A DNA stretch of 34,470 nucleotides from Craspedostauros australis (lineage: Eukaryota). The notes under the pieces were generated by a model. That model saw only the letters and a program-made list of their open reading frames with translations. It did not search any database and was not told the origin of the DNA. The translations under genes and the position numbers were made by a program. The stretch spans positions 1 to 34,470 of the forward strand of contig JALAGF010002610.1 in the NCBI GenBank assembly GCA_030167865.1. Reading direction: 5' to 3'. Shown here in pieces: positions 1 to 9,600 of the stretch; the stretch's first letter is position 1, and every line of letters begins with the position of its first letter.

Positions 1-375
1 GCCCCTAAGTAATCGATTGGCTCACAGCTCTTTTTCGAAACGAGTTTACAGGGGACTTCGGTTACTTCGAAAGGGAGAGAATTATCACGTGGAACTGAAA
101 ATTGTCTCCTCAGACCGGATTTTGGCGAACCTCCGGGTAACTTTGTCTCCTGAGCCCAAAACGGCCATTTTTGGTCTCCCCAGACAGAATCTCTCTTTAT
201 GGATATGAATGATATTTTAAAATAGTATTCTATGATATTATTATATTCAATATGATGTGAGATCATCCAATGGATTCGGGATGTCCGGCGAGAGCCACGA
301 TCGCGCCACCGCGATGCTTGTGCCACATCGGTGGCCTGAACTTCCGCGCCAAGAGGCAAGGGGGAAGATCAGCAT

Positions 376-1746
376 CTACAGTGAGCATGCGTAGTCGGCA
401 ATGCATTCTCCCGCATCGATGGCAACGCCGCTTAAGTAACACGCGAATTCACCGATGCAGGCTTCTTCCCCAACGCTACCTGCATTGAGAAAGCAAGCAG
501 AGCCACCGACGCAAGACTTGTTGCTGATGTCTCTCGCGTTGTAAGCGCAGGCGAGCACCCCCATGCAAGAATTTTCGGCAATATCTCCATCGTTCCGATA
601 GCAAGCTTCCTCACCAGAGCATGAACACTTGGCAATGGCACCGTATTGAGAAAAGCAAGCTCTTTTGCCGGAACAAGCGGAATCGTCGATCGTCCCGTGA
701 TTGGAGTAACACGAGGAAAATCCGATGCACGAGTTTGCTCCCACAGTCCCTTCATTCACGGCACATGAACCATCGTCAGCGCATGATCCTTCTCCAATGC
801 TTGCGACATTGCCAGCGCATGCCAGGTCGCCGAAGCATGCATTGTTAGACACACTGCCAGAATTGAAAAAGCACGCATATTCACCGTTGCAGGATCCTTC
901 ACCGAGATCACCAGTATTGAAACGGCATGCAGCGTCGCCGTTGCACGACGATTCGGGAACTACCGCATCGATACCATAGCATGCTTTTTCGCCGTTGCAA
1001 GATTGGGAAGCGATCTTGATGGTCGCTGTCGAGGCAGAGTCGAAGTAGCAGGCACCATCACCGTTGCAAGAGTTTGGACACACCGTGATATTGGAGTCGC
1101 CAACCCAGCTGCAGGCAGGATTCTCGGCACCTTCTGGTGTTTCGCAGCAGGTCGCGTTGGCAGCGGCGCAGCTGGCGATGACTTCGTCTGAGGTTCCGTT
1201 GAAGCACAGTCCAACGTCGTTCACGTGGTCAGATCGCGATTGCTTCGATTCCTTGGATGCCTTGAGCTGGTGTCCATCAGATTCGTTGGGCTTGTCGGTC
1301 TTCTGATCGAGATATGCGAACAACGACTTTCTTGGGGAGCTTTCGTCTGTCGCACCCGGCACACGTGCGGTTCCTCGCAGACGTCCTTGGTCGACGAAGT
1401 GGTTGTTGTTGGGAGTGGAGATGGAACGTGGGCGTCGGTTGGCGTTTCGTGCGGGACTTTGGTCCCCAGAAGCAATGCCATCGCTGTCGGTCCAGGGCTT
1501 GCGAGCAAGGATCAAGTGCAGCTTGTCCAGGGCTTGCTTTTGTGTATTCAAGGCAAGGTTTTTGTTCGTAGTGACATCTTTTCGGCGGCTCAGTGCGAAA
1601 TGCATCTTCTGGATGAGCACGCTGTGGGTATCGGCGATGATATCCATCTTGGCCGCCGTGTCCGCCTCGGATGATGCGTTGGCACTGCCAAGGATGAGGC
1701 TCTGTGTGATGGCGAGAGCGAGGGCTTCTTTCTTCGTGAATGGCAT
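376..1746 (-). CDS. Secreted Cys-rich repeat protein (paralog A), 13 x CxGxxAC-type repeats with mostly 18-aa period
   Basis: 456-aa ORF. Signal-peptide-like N-terminus (MPFTKKEALALAITQSLILGSANA), an RLRG motif, then repeats such as SCNGEYACFFNSGSVSNN / ACFGDLACAGNVASIGEG running to the stop. Collinear with the 2922..4259 ORF. Confidence 0.88.
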   Translation of the reverse strand: MPFTKKEALALAITQSLILGSANASSEADTAAKMDIIADTHSVLIQKMHFALSRRKDVTTNKNLALNTQKQALDKLHLILARKPWTDSDGIASGDQSPARNANRRPRSISTPNNNHFVDQGRLRGTARVPGATDESSPRKSLFAYLDQKTDKPNESDGHQLKASKESKQSRSDHVNDVGLCFNGTSDEVIASCAAANATCCETPEGAENPACSWVGDSNITVCPNSCNGDGACYFDSASTATIKIASQSCNGEKACYGIDAVVPESSCNGDAACRFNTGDLGEGSCNGEYACFFNSGSVSNNACFGDLACAGNVASIGEGSCADDGSCAVNEGTVGANSCIGFSSCYSNHGTIDDSACSGKRACFSQYGAIAKCSCSGEEACYRNDGDIAENSCMGVLACAYNARDISNKSCVGGSACFLNAGSVGEEACIGEFACYLSGVAIDAGECIADYACSL

Positions 1747-2921
1747 GTTGTAGAATAGTTGTTATTGGAGCGGTTGTTGTATTTGGATGAATCGATGTGG
1801 TGGTGGTATTCCTATTCTAATATTATAGAATATTATAATAACTTGTACCGATGCCTTGGTTTCGGTGTGAAGGACTGTCTGGAGATTGTGCTGAGTTGCG
1901 ATTTATGGGACAGGGGATTTACCAAAGGAAAGCGACCAAGGTGCGTGGGTGCTGTCGTTTTGTGAGGGATGAGCTGGTGCGTCGGGTCGCAGCGATGCTG
2001 TTTTGCTTGCGGGTGCTGGTTGACGCTGAGGAAAGTTCATCGCGCCGCCAGGAGCCTTTCACGGATCACAGATACTCTGCAACTGCACGAAGAACAACAA
2101 CGTGTCAGTAGCGCACCACCATGGAAGAGAATTGTGCGAGTGGAACAATGGATGTCAAGTACAATTCTGAATTTTCGTTGAGTGGATTTCTGACGGGTAC
2201 CATCGTGAAGAGATGGGATTAGAGCAGCTCACTGGGTGACCCCTGCAGATGCAGCGAGTTCAATGGTGTCAGGGTCAAATCAAACATTTGTGCTGGTGTG
2301 CTTTCGGCTTGCGAAACGAGAAGGATCGCACATTGTTTGTTGTGCACAGATACGCTGTTGTGAGGCACTCGAGACGCATTTGGCGGCCTGTTGCCTGCAT
2401 CTTTCTCACGTGTTGTCAGTCCCTTGGTTGAGTCAAGTGCGTCTCCCTCGGGGTGGTTTGACGAATGTCAGCTCTTCATGGGTTTAGCATACCATGGCGA
2501 TGCGTCTGTGCGCATTCATCGCAAACATCTTGCTCGTGCCTTTGGGTGGAATCGCAAACTGCGAACTCTGCATCGCCGCATCACGCCCTTTCGCTTTTTC
2601 ATTCAGTCCATCGGCGATTGGATTCAGCGACACCAACAAGAAAAACCCAATCCGCGCGCGTCACATTAATAGAGTCCACAACGGACCCACCATGACGCAA
2701 GCATCCAGCCGTTTGCAAACGAGAACAAGTCAGGCATTCGGTAAGTGAACGAATAGGCGCAGAACGACGGTCCCACCAAACAATGCGCTGGCATTTCGGA
2801 AGGTTCCAATCAATCTGTAGTCGTACGGTACGTGTACTACTTAATGTGATGCTTCGGCAACACTTGAGGATTGCGATACGATGTGCTCTTTGGAACGACC
2901 AACCCGACCGTACCTACCGCA

Positions 2922-4259
2922 CTATGTGCACGAGCTGTTGCCCACGCATTCTCCTGTTGCGATAGTTGCGTTGTTGCCGCTGCATGCGGATTGGCCGATG
3001 CAGGCTTCTGCTCCAATAGTTCCAACGTTGGCAAGGCACGCCTCGTCGCCAACGCAAGACCTGCTGCTGATGTCACCCTCATTGGACCCGCAGGCAAGTT
3101 CACCAATGCAAGAAGCCTTGGCAATGCCGCCAGTGTTCCGAGTGCAAGCTTCTTCTCCGGAGCAAGAGAAGTCATCGATCGTGCCTTCGTTGAAGTAGCA
3201 AGAGGAAGGCCCGATGCAAGCGTTCTTACCAATGACGTCCTCATTCTGGAGACAAGACCGGTCGCCGCCGCATGATCCTTTCCCGACGTTGGCGGAATTG
3301 CCAAAGCACGCGGCCTCACCGCCGCACGCGTCGCGAGACACGTCGCCAGCGTTGCGATAGCACGCGGCATCGCCGTTGCAGGCATTGTCACCGACGCCGC
3401 CAGTGTTGAGAAAGCATGCAACTTGACCGTTGCAAGAAGATCGAGGAATCGCCATCTCGATGCCGAAGCAGGAAGCCTCGCCATTGCAAGAGGAAGAGGC
3501 AACCTGGATGGTTGTCGTTGTGCTGGGGTTGAAGTAGCAGGCACGGTCACCGTTGCAAGAGTTTGGACAAACAGTGACGTTTCGACCATCGCCCCAGATG
3601 CAGGCAGGTACCTGGGAGTCTTGCGATGGCGCGCAGCAGGTTGCATTGGCAGCAGCGCAGCTGGCGATGACATCATCGGCCGTTCCGGTGAAGCATGATT
3701 CGAACTCGTCGACGTCATCGAAGGACTTGAAGGATTTGGAAGACTTGGATGTCTTTGACGACTTGAGCTGGCGCGCTTCAGATCCGCTCGTCTTGGCTGT
3801 CTTCTGCCGGGCAGGTGCAACCAATGGCTCTCGTGGTGTGCCTTCAGCCATCGCCTCAGCTTCAACTACGCCCGTGCTTCCTCGCAAGCGTCCCTGGTCA
3901 ACGTACTGCCTCTGGTCGGCGTTGGCCACGGCATGAGGGCGACGGTTGGCTTTCGATGTGCTGGTTCGGTCCTCAGCGATAGCATCACCCCTCCCTGCCC
4001 AGGGCTGATCGGTGAAGAATGAGTCCAAGTTTTCCAGGGCTTGCTTCTTGATATCTGCGATTGCTACATGCTGCTTGTTCGTGGCGATGTCTCTGCCGTG
4101 CTCAGCTGCGAGCTTCGTGTTGTGAACGCGAGTGCGATGAAGATCGGCGAGACCATGGGGGTTGCGTGTGATCTCTGCCTCCAGAAGCGCATGAGCGCGT
4201 CCATGGATGAGGCTCTGTCCGATGGCGAGAGCAAGGACGTCCTTCTTCATGAATGGCAT
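2922..4259 (-). CDS. Secreted Cys-rich repeat protein (paralog B), 12 repeats, with RQL-KSSKTSKSSKSFK lysine cluster
   Basis: Start moved to the ATG at 4259 (MPFMKKDVLALAIGQSLIHG) because it aligns with paralog A's start (MPFTKKEALALAITQSL); 445 aa. Shared blocks: VDQGRLRG, CFxGTxDxVIASCAAANATCC, VCPNSCNGD. Confidence 0.88.
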   Translation of the reverse strand: MPFMKKDVLALAIGQSLIHGRAHALLEAEITRNPHGLADLHRTRVHNTKLAAEHGRDIATNKQHVAIADIKKQALENLDSFFTDQPWAGRGDAIAEDRTSTSKANRRPHAVANADQRQYVDQGRLRGSTGVVEAEAMAEGTPREPLVAPARQKTAKTSGSEARQLKSSKTSKSSKSFKSFDDVDEFESCFTGTADDVIASCAAANATCCAPSQDSQVPACIWGDGRNVTVCPNSCNGDRACYFNPSTTTTIQVASSSCNGEASCFGIEMAIPRSSCNGQVACFLNTGGVGDNACNGDAACYRNAGDVSRDACGGEAACFGNSANVGKGSCGGDRSCLQNEDVIGKNACIGPSSCYFNEGTIDDFSCSGEEACTRNTGGIAKASCIGELACGSNEGDISSRSCVGDEACLANVGTIGAEACIGQSACSGNNATIATGECVGNSSCT

Positions 4260-4606
4260 GCTTGAGTGCGTGTTTGAGTACGTTTGATTGAACCGTATTT
4301 GGATCCACAGAGATGATCGATGTGTTGGGGTCTGCCCGCGTCTGTTGGGAGTACTTGCCTCTGGTTTCTGCACTTTTGGATGTTGTGAGAGGTTGAGTTG
4401 TCTTCGAGATTGGCATTCACTTCGACTACATGACGGCCGTCGACTTCGTGAATGCCGGACTTGCGGATGCTGCAAGGCTGCCCTCGCCCCACGGGAACTG
4501 CCCGTGTGGACCGCCATCGCGCAAGGACGGGAGGTTCATGACGCCTCTCTACATACGATTCCTCTCCTGACACTTGGCGGTGCTTCAAATCTTTCCGTGG
4601 TTGGTT

Positions 4607-4676
4607 GCCTTGTGGTGCCTTGTGATGCCTTGTGATGCCTTGTGGTGCCTTGTGATGCCTTGTGATGCCTTGTGGT
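4607..4676. repeat. Minisatellite (GCCTTGTGRT)x7 with 30-bp higher-order G-A-A pattern
   Basis: Read directly: gccttgtggt gccttgtgat gccttgtgat gccttgtggt gccttgtgat gccttgtgat gccttgtggt. Confidence 0.95.
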
Positions 4677-5238
4677 GCGGCTTGTGTCCAATCCTTCTGA
4701 TTCTGTCGATCGCATCCTCGTTTCCATCGCTCCACTTCGCTCTGCGTGTTCTGAGGATGAGAGTGGCCGGTCAGCAACGTCGAGCAGTGTTCGTCGTCCA
4801 TTTCGCGGCAACTCTTCAACACGAAGCCAAACCTTTGTGTCCAACCCAACCACGACTCACGATGTTGCTAATTTGGTCCAATTGGTCGAACTACATAGTT
4901 GTCACAAACTAATATTGTTCGTGATCAAGGGCGATGGACAGGCAAGTATGCACAATTTACGACTAGACCGAATCATTCAGATATTGTCACGTGGCATCTT
5001 CAATGGCGACTATGTGCGACACCGGCTTCTGTCGCATGTTGTCATGTGGACTTAACGCAATCCAACCTGCGACATGAACGAGGACCTCCATCTGTTTCGA
5101 ATTCCCAAACATGCTCACAATTTGCACAACAACTTCGGACCGATTCGTTCTGTTTCGTCAACAGTTCACATCAACGCGAATCAACGTGATGACATAGAAC
5201 CGCCAGCGGAGCAAACCGTACAGCCACTGCGTGCTACT

Positions 5239-5274
5239 GCCCGCATCTGCGCCTGCATCTGCACCCGCATCTGC
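5239..5274. repeat. 12-bp tandem repeat x3 (RCCYGCATCTGC), each unit containing CATCTG
   Basis: gcccgcatctgc gcctgcatctgc acccgcatctgc, about 120-160 bp upstream of the HSP20 ATG. Confidence 0.85.
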
Positions 5275-5395
5275 GCATGTCGGAATCCCTCATCAACCAT
5301 TCCTCATCTGCTCATAATCTTCAGACCTCCCAATTTGAAAACGCAGCCTCGAACCAAACAACAAACAACCAAGCAACAAACAACAAGCAACAACC

Positions 5396-6259
5396 ATGAA
5401 GTTCAGCTCACCATTCGCTCTCTCGGCCCTCGCCTCTTCGGCCATCATGGCCCCGACCATGACATCTGCTTGGTCCACGGGCGGCCGCTTCTTCCCACAA
5501 GGCTCGTTGATCCTCAACTCACCAGCAGCCCGCCTCCTGTTCGATGAGGAGCTCGGCTCGATCTCGCCATTCCATGGCCGCCGTCGTCGCCGCCGCTCCT
5601 GGGAATCGTCCCCAGGCCAAGCGTTCTACCGCACCTCCCCTCGCTACGAGATTGTGGACAACGACGAGCTCTTCAAGCTTGCCGTGGACGTCCCGGGCAT
5701 CAAGATGGAGGACATCAACGTGAGCTTGGAAGACCATATCCTCACCGTCAGCGGAAGCCGCGAATCATCCAACGAGAACAGCCGCTGCACATCGCGCTTC
5801 AGCCAGAGCTTCTCGTTGGACGCAACCGTCGATGTGGAAAAGTTCAGCGCCAACTTGGAGAACGGCGTTCTGGTCGTGACGGCGCCGAAGGATCTGAAGC
5901 GAATCGAAGACAACATCCGCAAGATTCCAATCACGGGCGTTTCAGCATCGGTCGCGGCTCCGGAAGAAGTCGTCATGGCAACGTCCAGCGAGGATGCGCC
6001 CGTGGAAGTGACAATCGAACCACAAGAAACCGACAAAGCACCTCCCGCCGAGGTGGTGTCCAAGGATGGAGCAGACGAAGTGAAAGATGCTGGCACAGAT
6101 TCTGAGACGGAATCTGATGAGGTGGTCGACCTTGATGAGCCAGCTGAAAAGGAATCGAAGGAGGACAAGAAAGACGACAAGACGGAGGACAAGAAGGACG
6201 ACAAGAAGGAGGACAAGGACGACGACAAGGAGGACAAGAAGGACGACGCAAAAGAGTAG
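5396..6259 (+). CDS. Small heat shock protein (HSP20/alpha-crystallin domain) with N-terminal presequence and acidic tail
   Basis: ACD motifs AVDVPGIKMEDINVSLEDHILTVSGSR, FSQSFSL and ANLENGVLVVTAPK, plus the IxI motif RKIPI. Hydrophobic N-terminus; CA-rich 5' UTR before the ATG. Confidence 0.93.
   Translation: MKFSSPFALSALASSAIMAPTMTSAWSTGGRFFPQGSLILNSPAARLLFDEELGSISPFHGRRRRRRSWESSPGQAFYRTSPRYEIVDNDELFKLAVDVPGIKMEDINVSLEDHILTVSGSRESSNENSRCTSRFSQSFSLDATVDVEKFSANLENGVLVVTAPKDLKRIEDNIRKIPITGVSASVAAPEEVVMATSSEDAPVEVTIEPQETDKAPPAEVVSKDGADEVKDAGTDSETESDEVVDLDEPAEKESKEDKKDDKTEDKKDDKKEDKDDDKEDKKDDAKE
6161..6256 (+). repeat. Coding 21-24 bp repeat (EDKKDDKx) in the HSP20 tail
   Basis: Four gaggacaagaaRgacgacaag-like units. 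Confidence 0.8.
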
Positions 6260-6640
6260 GACGTAGGAGCACCGGTTTGGCATTGTGCTCGTACACGTCA
6301 AAGATGATGGGCAATTGTGCGCCTATCGCCACTGCGCAGCTCTGCCTCTGACTTCATCCAACACGAAAGAAACGCAACTATTAGTAGAAAGGCGGGGATC
6401 GGTTTGATTCATTGATCGTGGCAGACCTGTCCCCAGACCTTACACGCATACTACACGCACAAACACTCTAGAGTATGTAAGCACGCAAAACTAAAAATCG
6501 CAATTGCACAGCACGGTTACAGATACAGTTAGAGTACTCCATGACCATGCTGCCGTGCTTGTGCCACGCCGGCAATCCATAATCTCCACGCGCTCCTGCA
6601 GGGGGCAGTTCCCGTTCGTCGACCATCGCCACGTCATCTA

Positions 6641-9600
6641 CTACAACTGTTCGTGCCCGAGGAAGTCCTGGTAGTACGATTCGACCTCTGCGTCAAGCTC
6701 CACCCAACTTTCGTTGAACAGATTCCCGTTGATGATGCGCTTGGCCATGGAGACCTTGGCCTCCTTGTGCTGCGGATTGTTGCAGAGATCGATCGTCTTC
6801 GATGTTGCTTTGGTTTCGTCGCTGCACCAGCTCTCGCACCAGAGCCATTCCTGCGGCAGGGAGAAGATGGGAACCTGATGCTGTGCGTAGTTGGGCAGAT
6901 CCTGATCCAGATTGGCCAGCGAATTGGGATCGGCCGAGAGCTGCTGGTAGACTGATCGGAGCTTGTCGCCTACCAGATCCTTGCGGAAGCGCTCCAAGTC
7001 CACAACGTACAACGCGGAGATATGGTACGGTTTGCCCCGGAGATGGGTCTTCCAGAACCCCGTGTTCCAGAATTGGTACCCCTTGGTCTCTTCGCGAGAC
7101 GAGCACATGGGCGTGTATCCGTACGGAGCACCGTTGAGGTCCATGTCCCGCAGCTCCGTCAGGTCGCCACGCACCACCTGATCGGCATCGACGTAGATGA
7201 TCTTCTTGACGTTCAGTGGGAAGAGGACGTCGAGGAAGAGGATCTTGTAGCCCCAGATGACGCGTTGCTTCTCGGTCTGCCCGCGCAAAAACTCGGGCCA
7301 CTTGTACGTGACGAACTCCACCTCGCAACCAATCCGGTCGGCCATGGCCCTTGCCGATGCCTTGAAGCTTGGTGACAGGAAGTTCTCGAACAGCCAGAAC
7401 TTGACCTTCGACGAGGTGCGCTTGGTGACGGAGAGCATCATGATCTTGAGGAACCGTTCGTAGAGATGTCCAGTCGCCAACGAAAAGACATTGACGACGT
7501 CGTCGTCCTTCGTCTGAAGTCCTTTGCGTGCCTTGTCAGAGTCGTAGAACAGGCTTGCGTGTTGGTACCCTTGCTTGCGCCGGACGAGCAAAACCTCGCC
7601 TTTGCTGACGAAGCTGTCCATCACGAGGCGCTTGGATTGGTACGTGTTGTCGTCGCTCTTGTCCAGCTTCAACGACCCGCGTCGGAAGGTGCCTTTGATC
7701 ATGTCGAAGATCTCAGCGCCGCGGGATTCCTTCAGGATGTTCAGATCCCAAATGCCTGGATTGCCTCGGAGTTGCCAGTATCCGGCCGTCTTCATGACCA
7801 AGGTATCGGAATATTGGGCGGATTCGGTTGGAGCGGCGGCAGCATCAGAAACGCCGAGTTCCGTATGTGGCGACAACGTCAGTTGCAGCCCATTGGGCGG
7901 TGTCATCTTGCCCTTGACCTCGTAGCATTGGCCGAAGAAGAGCAGGCTCGAAAGCCCGTACTCCACCTCCGTCAGATGTTTGTAGCTGGCCGAGGCTTCC
8001 GAGTATGGAGAGTCGTCACGATGTTCCGCGTCGCTGCACCCGTTCTCAAGGCTGCATCGCAGATTGTCTGTATCCTGGACCGTCTTGGTTTGCTGGACGT
8101 CCCACGGTTCTGGCACATCCAGCTGCACCGTGAACACATGCTGCGTTGGGAGGTTGGAAAAGTGCGCCATCGGCGTCACCGCACTATCCTGGAAGGCATC
8201 GGGGTCCGCCACGAAACGGTAGTAGCTCGTGATGGGGATCTTGGAATCGCCATCCAGGATGGCTGTCGGCGCCAAGATCAGCGTCACCGGGAGCTTGAGC
8301 TTGTCCCGCATCACGATCAGCAACGGCGAAAGGCGCTGTGCTGTTTTTGAAATGGGATCGACGATGGCCGTGATTCCGCTTTGGATGCCGTCTGTTCTCT
8401 TCTGCGATTCGAAGTCGATTTGCATCGGATTGCTTGGCAAACCCATCTGTGGCAGGCGCTCGTTGATCATGGCGACCGGATCGCTGCGTTGCACCTTGGT
8501 GGACACCAAGAAGCCGACGACCTTCGAGATCACATCGGTCTGTACTTCCACAGGTACCCCCTTGATTCGTGGTAGCAACAACTTCGTGACGGCAGTTGAT
8601 TTCGCCATGTCCAATCCGGCCAGAATCTCGAGATCGCTATGTGTGAACACTTCCCCTGGTTGCAGCGCATAGATGCGCCCGTTGATCCAGATGAAGTTGG
8701 AGTCGGGAATGTTATCGTCGGCAGTACGCACGATGTCGGCCTGCGAAACAACCTTGTATCCGAATGTGCCCTTGCAGCCATCTTGGCCCCCGAATGCATT
8801 GAACAAGGCGCTCATGAGATCATCGTCGAACTGCTTGCGGTCCGTGCTGTCGTCGTCCAGAACGGCGACAACCACGAATGCTGCTGAAAGCGAAGATTCG
8901 CACGATAGCACCACAGTGGTTGGAGGAACATGCGCACCCTTCTTGAATTGCAGGTTCGCAAAGTTGTTGGGATTCTCCGAATCCACGAAGGATCGATGGA
9001 GCTTGGGATGCACGTGGTCGCCGGTGAGTAGCTTGCCGTAAATCGATTTTGGTGACGTGTCGGTGATGACGCCACGTGCCACCATCTCAAAGATGTACTT
9101 TTGCTCCTCCATCAAGACCTTGCCGATCTTTTCATTCGCATCGTCGTCGTCGTAGCCGGGGAGGGAAAGCCCATTCAAGAAGCTCATGCCTGGTTTGAGT
9201 CCCTTGTCTGCTGCAAACCGGAGCGCCTTGCCGTACGTGTACAGGGATGGCGATGCGTCTTCGTCGCTGCTCTTTGCCTCAGATGCGATAAGCCCATCCA
9301 CGAGCTCCGGCACGGTTTCCGGTGCCTCATTCATCGCCGAAATGATCTTGCGATGTGCCTTGAGCAGATCGGCTGCGGAGACCGACTTGCCCGGCCCTAA
9401 GTCTCGACTTTTCTGTCCGATCGATACAATGAGATTGTCATTGTACGGCAGCAGGAGCTCTCGGCTGTACTTGTCCATGACATACGCAAGTAAACGATGG
9501 ACCAACCGGGCCGTGATGGGGGTGCTTTCCAATTCCTCCTCCGCTGGAGGGCTGTCGGATGGCGGGGTGCCAAAGAGGGTTTCATTTTCAGGCATGGGAC

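Noticed and set aside
305-334. Imperfect hairpin gccaccgcgatg...catcggtggc downstream of paralog A
   Set aside because: Short and bulged, not shared with paralog B; bacterial-type terminators are irrelevant in this eukaryotic context.
1813-1832. AT-rich inverted repeat tattcta-atatta-tagaata upstream of paralog A
   Set aside because: Low-complexity AT patch in which such symmetry is expected; probably core-promoter DNA.
376-3600. Antifreeze-protein call for the Cys-repeat proteins
   Set aside because: Cx5C spacing is similar, but there is no Thr-x-Thr array and the period is 18 rather than 12.
4260-4517. 86-aa N-terminal extension of the 531-aa ORF
   Set aside because: Non-ATG start. Homology with paralog A and the signal peptide both begin at the ATG at 4259.
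4247-5055. Overlapping ORFs with repeated peptides (QGITRHHKAP, CDALWCLVMP)
   Set aside because: By-products of the 10-bp minisatellite.
4960-5110. Possible heat-shock elements (gaatcattc, tttcgaattc)
   Set aside because: Spacing does not fit nGAAnnTTCnnGAAn.
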